Source: Ginkgo biloba
Taxonomy: Eukaryota; Plantae; Ginkgophyta
Direction of reading: 5' to 3'
Assembly (NCBI GenBank): GCA_024626585.2
Contig: JANKJI020000002.1
Span: 71,176,720 to 71,198,917 of the forward strand
DNA length: 22,198 bases
Part shown: piece after piece, positions 1 through 12,400 of the stretch
Position numbering within the stretch: position 1 is the first letter of the stretch
Layout: each line of letters begins with the position of its first letter
Notes under the pieces: model-generated
Seen by the model: the letters and a program-made list of their open reading frames with translations, nothing else
What the model was told of the DNA's origin: nothing
Database searches by the model: none
Program-made: the position numbers and the translations under genes

Positions 1-99
1 GTATGCAAACTCCACAAATGGAAGTCTCTCCTCTCAACTAGTTTGCCTAACCACCACATTAGACTTGAGCATATCCTCCAATTTGATTGAATCTCTCAA

Positions 100-1600
100 C
101 CTATCCATCAATTTAAGGATTATCAACCCTATTGAAATCTAGCTTACTACTCAATGCATGAAATAATATTGTCCATAAGTGACTAGTGAATTTTGAATCT
201 CTATCACTCATTATGCTATTAGGAACACCATAATTGGTAAAGACCTCTATTGTCAAAATCTCTCCTATATCTTTACCATTATGGGTCATTTTGCATGGTA
301 TAAACCTTGCCATCTTCATGAAGTGATCCACTACCACTAAAGTTTGATCATGCTGCTGCTACATTTTTGGTAAGGACACCACAAAATCCATTGGGATGCG
401 TTCCAACTTGCCTCCAGGAACAAGCAATGGCATCAACAATTTGGTGGATTGATCTCTCTTTGTGGTATTCACTTTACATTGCTCACATGTTTGCACATAA
501 TTAACAATCTCCTTTTTCATAGTATTCCATTAAACATACTTTACGGTGACCTCATTTGTTTTGTCCCTATGCACATGGCTAGCACACAAGCTGTCATGCA
601 ATTCATATAATATTGTTACTTCATTTCAACAATAAATGGTGAAAGATCTTGCCACATCAGTTACAGTCAGGATTGGGGCATTTGTCAACTTCTACTTCAA
701 AAAGTCGATGTTGCTTGACACTTTTTCATCCACTTGAATCTCTTGGATTTCTTAAGCAGCTCTATTAGAGGTGCTGCCAACTTAGAAAAAAATGTTCAAA
801 ACTGTGATAAAAATTGGCTAATCCAAGAAAACTTCTCACCTTGTAAACACTTATAGGAGTCTTCCACTCACAAACTACTTTTACCTTTTTCAGATCCATT
901 GTTATGCCTTTAACTGAAACTATATGCCCAAGATGCTTTACTTCTTCCTAATAGAAATCACATTTCAATAACTTGGCACATGGCTTCTTGTTCCTTAGGG
1001 CATCCAAAACCATTTGGAGATGTTTCTCATGCTTCTCTTTATTCTTACTAGAAATCATAATATCATCCAGAAAGATAACTACGAATTTACCCAAGAAAGG
1101 CTAATAGTAGTTGGAGCATTCGTCAGTCCAAAGGGCACGACTAGGTACTCATAGTGTCCATCTCTCGTAGTGAATGTCGTCTTTTAAATGTCCTTAGGAT
1201 GAATTTAGATTTGATGATAGCTGATCCTTAGATTTGTCTTGGAGAAAATAGTTGCTCCCTTCACAGTATCTAGAATATCATCAATCCATGGAAGAGAATA
1301 CTTATAGTTGATGTTGACCTTTTTTAATGTCCAATAGTCCACACACATCTTCTTGTATTTGTCGTTCTTCTTCACTAACAGCATAGGCAAGCCAAATGGA
1401 GATGTAGAGGGTCTGGTGAATCTTTGATCCAACAACTCTTCAATTATCTTTCCACCTCTTCTTTCTCAGTATGGCTCAAGTGGTAAGGCAATCTGTGAGT
1501 TGGCCTTGATCTTGGGTGAAGTTCAATCTGATGGTCCACTTCTCGTTCCACTGGCAATCTCTTTTGCAACTTGTTAGTAAAAACATCACTGTACTCTATA
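100..1600 (-). mobile_element. Degenerate Ty3/gypsy pol fragment (RT and integrase; stops, frameshifts, internal deletions), intronic and antisense to the gene
   Basis: Minus-strand peptides in gypsy order: pre-RT linker (LPVEREVDHQIEL), RT (RPSTSPFG..LLVKK..MCVDY; [16 protein letters not shown]; FLDD at 1062-1073; RSFLGLANFY), integrase HHCC (ELHDSLCASH; YVQTCEQCK) and core (MDFVVSLP; VVDHFMKMARFIP; GVPNSIMSDRDSKFTS). Confidence 0.93.
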
Positions 1601-1922
1601 GTGATGCCGAGTAGGATACAGGACAGAGGACCGTTGGACAGTGAGTTGCATCCCAACAATGACCTCAACAACACCTGCTCCCATCATTGGATAGGAGGAG
1701 GAGGCTCCCTGGTTAGATGCCCCCTCCTTGGAGGCAAGACACACGCCACAGACATAGCACCATGCTGCTACCCAATAGACAGATCACCATTTTTTTCTTA
1801 GCGACCACTACTCCCTCAGCCTTGGATGTTAGGACAGATGAGATTGGATCATCCTCTATCCCTTGATCTATGACATAATCATTGCGTGGTATATCTTGTG
1901 GATGAGACATGGGCTTAATGCG

Positions 1923-1940
1923 ACACACACACACACACAC
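1923..1940. repeat. (AC)9 microsatellite
   Basis: Perfect acacacacacacacacac. Confidence 0.95.
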
Positions 1941-2741
1941 TTATGGCAGTTGGTTATCCCAATTTCCTTCTGGAAGGTGTTAGATATAGGCTAGAATATG
2001 ATTTCTAATGTAATAAAGTGTCACATGATTAANNNNNNNNNNNNNNNNNNNNNNNNNNNNNNNNNNNNNNNNNNNNNNNNNNNNNNNNNNNNNNNNNNNN
2101 NNNNNNNNNNNNNNNNNNNNNNNNNNNNNNNNNNNNNNNNNNNNNNNNNNNNNNNNNNNNNNNNNNNNNNNNNNNNNNNNNNNNNNNNNNNNNNNNNNNN
2201 NNNNNNNNNNNNNNNNNNNNNNNNNNNNNNNNNNNNNNNNNNNNNNNNACAAAGTATGACACTTCCAGTGCTCAATTAAAACCATTAAAATTAGCAATTT
2301 TTAGCTGAGCTTCCTATGCAATTGAGGCCTCACTTTTCTGTACCCTTATACAGACTTCATCAGTGTTGGGGCCTGTATGTTGTTTGGATTTGATGACTCC
2401 ACTGGGATCGAACTAGTACATGTTCTGCTCTAAACTAAAAAGTTGAGATCCTGTAAGATGTAAATTAAGGCCAGACTGAAGAACATTTTCAGTCTTTATT
2501 AAGTCTCCAGGAAAATGCCACTTATTCTTGATTTGTATTTGCTTGTTGTGCCTTACAGAAATTCATATGAATGGTAGAACAATATTCCTGCAGTTGGTTT
2601 CTTCATCAAGGCATTATAATTCCTATATGTTTGTTGTGGTTTCTTTTCATCATTGATTGTAGTTCCTTTTTTATAGATGTACCACATATATTCTTGATTC
2701 AGTTCTCTCTTCCAAAAACTTACAACTTAGTACCGATGCAG

Positions 2742-3415
2742 GTAAAATACCAAGAGCCAAGAACATGGGGGAAATCTCACTCGTGGTTTTCATTACTGTC
2801 TCTTCATGCAAGAAATGATGATGGTGAACCATATCGTGTACATTATCGGCCTGGCTCAAGCTTAGTTGATATCTCAAGTACAAATGATAAGTCTTGGGAG
2901 CTCTGGCGCAGTATCCCCTATGAGTATAAGAGAGAGGAAGATATTGAGGAACTTGATATTTACAGCCATTTGTTTCAAAATATGGTGCATTTGATAAACC
3001 AAAAGAGCAGCAGTGGGGTTGCTTTTGTGAATGGCCTTCCGATGTTCATAGAAAAACCAGGAAACCCAATTAAGCTAAAGGTTTTTTCACCTACTGCTTT
3101 GATAAAAAGCCTTCCTGTTGCTGCACTGCATCTCCAAAATATTGCACCTAACAGAGATGAACCTTCATACATTCAACCGAAAGATGAGGAAAAAGTAGTA
3201 TTAATGGCTACTGTTGTGCCACATGTGAATGTTGTTATTGAGAATTGTGTCATAACCATACTTTATGAAGCGACAGGGGCAATTCACTTCCTTCCTCTTC
3301 TTCGAGTGTGCATGGATGATGCTAAAAGTGTGTCACAAGTGAGTTCTTCTAAGATAAGGGTGATCAGTTCATTCAGAATCATGCTTGAGAGCTATGAAGC
3401 TCAAAGAAACAGGTG
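2742..3415 (+). CDS. VPS13: VPS13-like exon (VKYQEPRTW...YEAQRNRW, W codon split)
   Basis: Acceptor atgcag|GTAAAA at 2741/2742; open frame within ORF 2571-3434; donor TG|gtatgt at 3415/3416 (phase 2). Confidence 0.88.
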
Positions 3416-6400
3416 GTATGTATTTGAAATGTAAAGGGTGCCTGGACCCAACTGGTCTTTCTTTACAGTTATTTCATGTCCAAAACCATCAAAAGAAGTA
3501 AAATTTGATTCCTACTTTAAATCAGCAAGCCCATGATGAAAAAGTGTACATTCACAGGATGGAAATGGTGCGGCCAATTGAAATTTGCATTGTCTACCGT
3601 GCTCGTNNNNNNNNNNNNNNNNNNNNNNNNNNNNNNNNNNNNNNNNTTCTATTCTGTTTTAAAAAAGGTAAAGCAACTATTCTGTAGAATATTGTCTAGT
3701 TATTAGAGATGCTTTTCAATCATCTGAGTTTCTTTTGTTTGGAAGATTAAATACAGATTTAGTGTCTTGTATTATTTTTAATTAGTAACCCAGGCATCAA
3801 ATTATGATGGTTTTCTGTAGGTAGATCTTGCTGTCAGTGAGCCATCTTTGGATATTTGCCTCTTTCTGGTTGGAGAATTGAACCTCGCTGGTCCTTTTGC
3901 AGTGAAGCATTCTCCAGTGACAGCTAATTGCTGTAAGGAAAGTAGTTTCTCCAATGTTTTTGATACTTTCAAAAATAAGGAGCTTGCCCACCATTTAGAG
4001 TGTTTGTTTGTCATCAGGAAATGTTTCAACCTTTAGCAGGACTTGAATTTTACACATGCTAACTTCTGAACTGCCAAAGCACCCATTCTTTTCTTCTCAA
4101 TTGTTGAAATTGAGGCCCTGAAAAACTGAGCCATTACCTATGGACCCAATGAATATTGACAGATAACCCTTGATATGAAACTTAAGACCCTAGATTTATG
4201 ATAAGTTCTAAATACCAGACTTTGCATTGCGAAAATACATGTTAGTTTCAATCATATCACAAATGGCATAACTTCTTAATATAAATATATGTGGTGGACA
4301 AGATTTGTTCTTTTATAATATTCTCATCTTTGGGGCATATTCATTGGCCATATTTTCAAAAAATGTTTGAAGTTAAGAATTGCAAGTTCTTTAAACCTGT
4401 ATTTTGTATTTTGTTTGAAACACTATAGTATATGATTTGATGCCTTTTACAAAAGTTCTAGTTTTGATGCACAAGATGTTATTGCCTACACCATTGATGT
4501 GTTGATCTTCCTCAACTCTGCAATTTCCTTGGTTTCTTCATAGCTTCAATACCTGCAAACAACCCAAACACAGAGTACACAGCGGAAACTAACAGTGGAA
4601 TACACGAGACTTGCTGAATAATGCATAAACCTTTCTTGTGTTATTTACAAAACTCATGTACATATAAATCCATCAAGATTATCCGTTGGACTTCCCAACC
4701 CTTGGGTTTCTTGACTTTTGAACTTCCTGTCTATTTGAATTCCCAAAAATCCAATGTCATTTTAATGACATTACAATTATTTAATTACCCTAGTCTAACG
4801 ATAAATTAAACATTACCTATNNNNNNNNNNNNNNNNNNNNNNNNNNNNNNNNNNNNNNNNNNNNNNNNNNNNNNNNNNNNNNNNNNNNNNNNNNNNNNNN
4901 NNNNNNNNNNNNNNNNNNNNCATTGTTCATTTTACAAAAAGTGAATGAGGTGGCACATACGTTGGACTTGCCAATTCATGTAAAGATATATCCAATCTTT
5001 CATGGGGGATTATTGAAGAACGCTATTGCAAGATATGATAACATGTTACTTAGTTATGTGGATCTACAAGAAGGGGAGGAAATTCCTCATGAACCTATTA
5101 AAATTCTTGACACAAGAGTAAGAAGATCAAGGAATAGAGAGNNNNNNNNNNNNNNNGAGGATTTGTTGGAATGGTTTGAGAGGCTTCTGGAAGAGGCCAC
5201 ATGGGAATTGTTTACATTTTCTAGTGAGCATGGGCTTGTTGTGGACAACGAACTGAAGAGGGTGGGGATAGATGTTGTAAACCGACAAAAGCAGTACATA
5301 CAATTAGGAAGTAGCAAAGGAAATTCCAAGATATCAACTATTTTGGAAAGCACATACTAGTAACTGACTTATAGATCGATACTGAGTGTTATGGAAATAA
5401 GAAGAGGAGTTGGAAAGCTAATGAATATTATGGAAGGCTTTTAATTTTATCATATGCGATCAAATGCAACTTAGAGAGGCTCCAATGCATAGCTCTAGGA
5501 TAGAGCATTGAAAAGAGTGGTTGCATGACCATATGGAGGCATTGATGGGCCCCACTAAGAGTTAAGAAAGAATAGGAATGTCATAGACGACTTTTAAATA
5601 CTATGAAAGGACTGGGAAGCCCCATAGGGTTGCCTGTGGATTAACCCTTTAGAGCCAACATGACTTGTTAAAGGATTGATACGACTTCCAAGGTGCCTGA
5701 TTGCTTAGGTCCTACACAAAGATCAATATCATATTACAAAAGCATCCCAAGGAGACAATATAGTGGATTGAAGAAACATAAATAAGACAAAGACCCTCAT
5801 TTCAACAAACACTTAAAGAAATTCAAATTGGAAGACATCCTACTACTTCTCTCTCTTCGTAAATGTGGTCAAGTGGTATAAGCACATCAATAACTTGAAG
5901 AAGCATTAATCAACCTTGTATTGGTAAGTCGAAATACCTAGAAGGGGCAACAACCTCATTTTTTTGTCATACAGGTCAATTTGTTAAGATTAGTTCATTG
6001 GGTTTGTAGGAGGACAATTTNNNNNNNNNNNNNNNNNNNNNNNNNNNNNNNNNNNNNNNNNNNNNNNNNNNNNNNNNNNNNNNNNNNNNNNNNNNNNNNN
6101 NNNNNNNNNNNNNNNNNNNNNNNNNGTCATTTTTTATCATATCTATGTTCCCATCTCTTTGTTTATAAATTGATTCGAACACCTTATTAGCCAACTTTCA
6201 TTTTCAAGTTATTGACCTCTTAATGAGTTTTAAGTCTTGCTAAGATATATTTTCTTGAGTATGATTTCCTTTAATTGTTACTTATTACTATATCTAATAC
6301 ATCCCTGATTAATAATTTACTTGATAAATTTGTGTATCTCCTTAGGAATCCTTGGTTGATATTATATACTACATCATAATGAGATCTAGTTATAACTTTC

Positions 6401-9400
6401 ATGTTTAAATAATTGGGTGACCATATGATCTGGAACCCATAATATATACTATGAAAGAAAAATTAAAATGAATATAAATCATATTCTAAAGTTTTGGTCA
6501 CATGAAATGATTCCAAGTTGCAGTCATATGAAAAAGACCACTTTTATTAAAGAAAGAAAGTGAAATTATCTACAAATATTATATCAAAGTTTGTCGGTTG
6601 ATTCACAATCCATAATTATAAATATTGATATCCCTAAAATGGGATGAATAATTAGAGTGCACAAAATTGCTTCCTCACGCGAGGATCAACTTACAACTTG
6701 TAGATAGAAACATAATCTTAACGCTTGGAGAAGAAGAAGGAATAGTGACAGAGCTTCAAGAACTCCAACAAGTGTCAACTACTGAAGGAGACAAAATAAG
6801 AACCTAAGGAACCATCCGAACAAGGACCACTGCTCTAGAGTGTTTATAATTCTCCCAATTGTAACCATCAAGGTAGTTATATAAACAATTCGTTTCACTT
6901 CTTGGTCGAAGTTGGATGACATGGATGCTTGCCACATGGCATAGGGGATGAGGTAGACATTGAGTTAGCATGCTAGGGATTTGAAGGCAATTTGTCAAAA
7001 CTCTACAACACTTTGCATTTTGTTGTCAACCTTTACATTGTGCAAATTGTTATGCCTTGCACTTTTTGTCACAGCCTTTTGCAATGTCACAGTGCTTTAC
7101 CTTTTTGCAATCATGTCTGGTTTAGTGTTGCCATCCACACCGATGATCTTGGTGAGTCAACCTTGGTTGTAGATCTCGTCATAGTCATTTGAGATGTCAC
7201 TGCCTTTTGCACTGCTAACTTTTTGCAATATGAAAAATTGTGTGACATTGCGCCATTGTCACTCATTACTACACTTTGCGATGTTGCAACCTATTTTTCA
7301 ATCCACAAACATGTGCAGTCTTGTGCTTTTGTTTCTCATCACTGCACTTTGCAATGTCACAGTTGTGTGCAATTTCTAACGAGTGCCTGCGACCTTAAGC
7401 AAACTCCTCTAATGTGCATTTNNNNNNNNNNNNNNNNNNNNNNNNNNNNNNNNNNNNNNNNNNNNNNNNNNNNNNNNNNNNNNNNNNNNNNNNNNNNNNN
7501 NNNNNNNNNNNNNNNNNNNNNTCCCTTTGCAATAGCACTACCTCTTGTAATGTCATAATATTTTACGATGTCACAACCTTTTATCAACTCACAAACATGT
7601 ACAATCTTATGCCTTTGTCACTCCTCACTTCTCCTTGTAATGTCATAGAATTTTATTATGTTTCAACCTTTTATTACCTTGAAAATATGCACATTCTTAT
7701 TCTTCTATCACTCATCACTACTCGTAATATTTTTTCCCTTTTTAATGTCATAACCTTTCATGAACTCATAAATGTGCATATCCTTGCACCATGATTTCTT
7801 GTTGTTTCACTTTCCAAATTTATATTTATATTGAATTTTTAACAAGTAATTATGAACTTAAGCAAACTCCTCTAATGTGCATTTCCTTAGCAGAACTCAT
7901 AGGACTTCAGGTTTGCAAAGCGCAAATTAGCCTTACAATAAGTCTTGGCAGTAGGGCCTAGACTCCTACTATGGGCACTGCCCCTGGAACCTTGCTAGTG
8001 GCATTGCCCCTAGGACCTCACCAAAGGGACCCTAGAACACCATTAAAATTTTTGGTTCTAGACCTGGTNNNNNNNNNNNNNNNNNNNNNNNNNNNNNNNN
8101 NNNNNNNNNNNNGGTTTTTTCTTAAGATTATCAGTTTCCTACCATTGTGAATTGAAGTCAGTAATTATCCTTCTTGTTCAGATTTGATCCAGATCATATT
8201 AAGCTAAATGCATGGATTAAATGACTGTCATATGTCCTTATTGATTCTTGTCAGACCTTATTGACCTTTGTGTATTTTTTGTTAAAATCCCTTCACTAAT
8301 GACAAGAACATGAGAAGTAGCCTTCTCAAANNNNNNNNNNNNNNNNNNNNNNNNNNNTTTCACCTCTTAAAAACATTGTTTAAGCATGCATACAACATGT
8401 CACAACTCGAAGAAAACATAAACATCATTTCTCACTGTTCAAGCACAAATTTCAAGATTATAAATTCTTCTTTTACTGCTGTACACAGTCCATAAAACAA
8501 CCTTTAATGAATCTGATTTTCACTGCATAAAACTTAGAAAATATTTACAAAGAAGCCTCAAACCTTGCTGTAATTAAACATTAATTGCAACCATTAAACA
8601 TTCTTAATACCTATTGTAAATAGCATTTATTACAACAACAAGACTGTACCTTCAATAGTCCATGGGAGAGAGAAGGACAAGGATAGAGCTCCACAACAAC
8701 GCCCAAATCTGCCATCATTCTTAAAAAAATGAGAGAGAGGGGNNNNNNNNNNNNNNNNNNNNNNNNNNNNNNNNNNNNNNNNNNNNNNNNNNNNNNNNNN
8801 NNNNNNNNNNNNNNNNNNNNNNNNNNNNNNNNNNNNNNNNNNTATTCTAGGTGCCTACTTAGACTAATAGAACACATGTTAAATTGGCACAAAACCCAAC
8901 GCCCAATTTAGGGCTTACATCACTCATTCTAAAATAAGACAAATTAATCACATGCACAAAATCAACATTTGATTTCTTTACATGCATGCTAAAAATTCCT
9001 TCTTGGAAAGGGTGCCCACTTTTTCATGCATGAGCTCCACCATGCATTGACTAGCTTTGACTACATGTAAACTTCCAAACTTGTCTAATTGCCCACTTGG
9101 TCTTTTCGTCCACAAGATCACTTGCATGCACATGCATGCAATAGTGCAATCATGCATGCATGCTCCCAAACCATGCATGCATCTCTAATCATGCATGCAA
9201 CCATCCAAAGAACACATGCATGCCACATGCAAACCTAAAATCTACCAAAAAAGCAATTTTCCAAAAATAGCAGTTACCCAAAAATAGAAAGTTTCTATTT
9301 TTACAAACGTTTCCAAAATAACAACTTTATAAAAATATAATTTTTTGAAAATAGAAAATTTCTAAAAACATAAAATTTTCCCCAAATTGAAAATTCTCCC

Positions 9401-12400
9401 AAAGTAGTGAAAACTCTAAAAATAGAAAGTTTTACAAAAATGTTATTTTTGGCAAATGAGTGTTGATGACTAATTTTAACATTTTTGTCATGATAGAGTA
9501 ATGCTTACAAGACGCATCGGGTAGGATTTTCCAATTAAAAAATTCTTTGAAATGAGTTGATGATCTTCACCTAGTCTAGCAAACCTTCTAATTTAGTGTT
9601 TTTTTGAGAATATCCAAATAATGAGCAGGCAGATCCTGCAATCCTATAACATGCTCACATCTATGCCTGTAACAGTCTACACATACTTGAGTTGTTGAGC
9701 TGTTCAGCACAGAAGCCACATTTTTTTGAATATTTTTTGATATTTCCAATATATCTTTCAAATTTTTTCGAGCTATCTGAAGTTTATTGCAGCTTTGTCC
9801 CTAAACTATAAGGGTAGAAGCGTTTCTTCAGAGGAGTGTGGTAACAAACTTGGATGAAGCTTGTAGTTATTCAAATGTCTGGGAATTGAATTTCTTAACT
9901 TAATAGAGATTATGGGATGCCTCTATTTCTTACTGCTTCTTTAACAGTGAGTAATCAATTAATCTTGTTCCAGATCTACTGGGGTGCTNNNNNNNNNNNN
10001 NNNNNNNNNNNNNNNNNNNNNNNNNNNNNNNNNNNNNNNNNNNNNNNNNNNNNNNNNNNNNNNNNNNNNNNNNNNNNNNNNNNNNNNNNNNNNNNNNNNN
10101 NNNNNNNNNNNNNNNNNNNNNNNNNNNNNNNNNNNNNNNNNNNNNNNNNNNNNNNNNNNNNNNNNNNNNNNNNNNNNNNNNNNNNNNNNNNNNNNNNNNN
10201 NNNNNNNNNNNNNNNNNNNNNNNNNNNNNNNNNNNNNNNNNNNNNNNNNNNNNNNNNNNNNNNNNNNNNNNNNNNNNNNNNNNNNNGTTTTTGTTGTGTG
10301 AGAAAGAATTTCTCAATGTTTTTATGGGGAAGAGAATATGTTGTGATGATTTCAGAGGCTGTTTGGAAACAGGCTTTTGTTATTGTGGTTAATAAAAGAA
10401 AGGGAAAGTGCAAAAACTAGTGACAAATGGCCAAAGTTTACTTGGCATTTTAGGTTGAAAGTATGATGATCATCTTTAAAATAATATTTTGACATATCTC
10501 TGTGAAATATTTGCATTCAATTTTTCCTTCAGATGTAGATTATTGATGGGAAAAAAGAGTTTTGATAATCCGTACTCCATTTGTATGAAAGGCATATGTC
10601 ATCGAGGAGAGACTTGAGTACAGTAAGTTCAAATTCAGTGACTTTGAAGCTTGTGAAGTCTGGCACAATTTCAACATCTCCAGTTTGCATATCATTGTCT
10701 GATGAAGGAGTTATTACATTGCGAACGCAGTTGGTATCTAGCCAAGGTACATATTACTTTTTTGTGATGAATGTGTTTACACCATCCTCAACTCTCCTTT
10801 AGGGTTTTCCAACCGATAAAGAAAAGATTAGCATGGATTACTGTTTTTTTCCAGCCTTGAGGTACAGGTTTATCTTGAATATAATGATGAGTTGGATGAT
10901 TGTTTGACAGGTAAAATGACAGCTCCTGGACCAGTAGTTGTAGTTGATGTTTCTAAGCAAACTGAGGTAATTTTAAGTTTTTCATGGAAGTTTGCATTTC
11001 ATCTGAAATTCTGATTTATGACTCACTCAATTATTATAAAGTAATAATTTATTATTCCTTATTAATCCATCATTATAGATATTATGGTCATACATGGTTA
11101 TAGCATAAAAAAGGTACTTAATGTTGATATAGACATGGTTCCACCATAATTTATATCTATCTTTAATTTTATCCAAAAAAATGAGTGATTGTAACACTAA
11201 TCAAACTTAAGGATGGACCCATGCCCATGTAATATTTGATTATATTTATAATGGTGGACCCATGTTAGTCCACCATCATGGAGATTATGGGCGTACATGA
11301 TCCCACCATCATAGAGGTATTCAAAGACTATATATAAATGGATTGACCATCATCTATATATGTACTTAGAAAAAATAAATTGACTATAACACTTGTTGAC
11401 CCTAGTGGTAGATCCATATCCATGACAACTTTAATTAACTTTATGATGGTGGACCTATGTTGGTCTACCATCATGAACATTGTGGAACCACATGTATGCC
11501 ATTATAAAGGTAATTAAGGATGTCATGGGCATGGGTCTACCATCAATTTGAACATAGATGATTGTTTAATANNNNNNNNNNGGTGGACCTATGAGAGTAT
11601 ACCGTCATGAAGATTTTGGACACAAATGGATCCAACATTATAGAAATAATGGATTGACATGGGTCTGCCATCATAAAGGTAATCAATGTTGAAATGAACA
11701 TGGGTCCACCATCATATAAGTAGTTAAAGATGACATAGATGTTTGCCATTATATATGTCATATGGAAGGTAGGTTAATAAATAGTTGAGATTATTACTTT
11801 TATATATAATAATANNNNNNNNNNNNNNNNNNNNNNNNNNNNNNNNNNNNNNNNNNNNNNNNNNNNNNNNNNNNNNNNNNNNNNNNNNNNNNNNNNNNNN
11901 NNNNNNNNNNNNNNAACACAAGCTTTGAAAGTTAATATAGTGACATCATTCCCCACATGGAAAACCCTATAAGCCAATGATGTGAGATTATTATTTAATA
12001 TGATATGAAACTCCATGAAGGCCATTTGCATTATGTGAGAATGTTATTTCATATGAGTGGGCTAGTGCTTTTTGCCAAGCACATGACTAATTGGAGACAC
12101 TTTGTCTAGGATGGTCTGTTGATTATAGTTTCTNNNNNNNNNNNNNNNNNNNNNNNNNNNNNNNNNNNNNNNNNCTTTCATTAGAATTGCGTTGTCGACG
12201 GCCACAACAAAGAGAGGATGATGGTGTGGTGGTTATTCTCAGAGATGGAGATACCATTGATGGTTCAATGGGAGCCTTTGATGCTTTAAATTTAAGTGGA
12301 GAACCGAAAAAAGCATTGTCGTCATTCAATGTGGGTAAGATTTTCTTTCAAACTTGGAAAGCTTGCGTTTATTTAGAATGCACTTCAACTGCTGAAAAGA

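Noticed and set aside
1600-1920. GC-richer segment with short ORFs on both strands
   Set aside because: No recognisable motif. It is probably an unclassified repeat fragment, and no specific call can be supported.
2330-2380. Strong-looking acceptor (ttttctgtacccttatacag) with a nearby gtatgt
   Set aside because: No frame resembles the expected upstream VPS13 exon. Treated as a cryptic site without transcript evidence.
2571-2741. ATG-initiated hydrophobic N-terminal extension of ORF 2571-3434 as a standalone gene or signal peptide
   Set aside because: This is T-rich intron sequence upstream of a clear acceptor at 2741. Recognisable homology begins at VKYQ.
4470-4820. Possible minus-strand LTR fragment
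   Set aside because: The resemblance is compositional only. No termini, PBS, PPT or TSD could be identified.
4923-5360. Domesticated standalone chromodomain gene
   Set aside because: Conserved residues are degraded, it sits directly before a PPT and LTR, and it has no splice or start context. It is a TE remnant.
6981-7794. Cys/His/hydrophobic-rich short ORFs
   Set aside because: They are translations of the degenerate tandem repeat.
11085-11770. CRISPR-like repeat-spacer array
   Set aside because: The context is a eukaryotic intron. Repeats are degenerate and in both orientations, the spacers are related to each other, and there are no cas genes.
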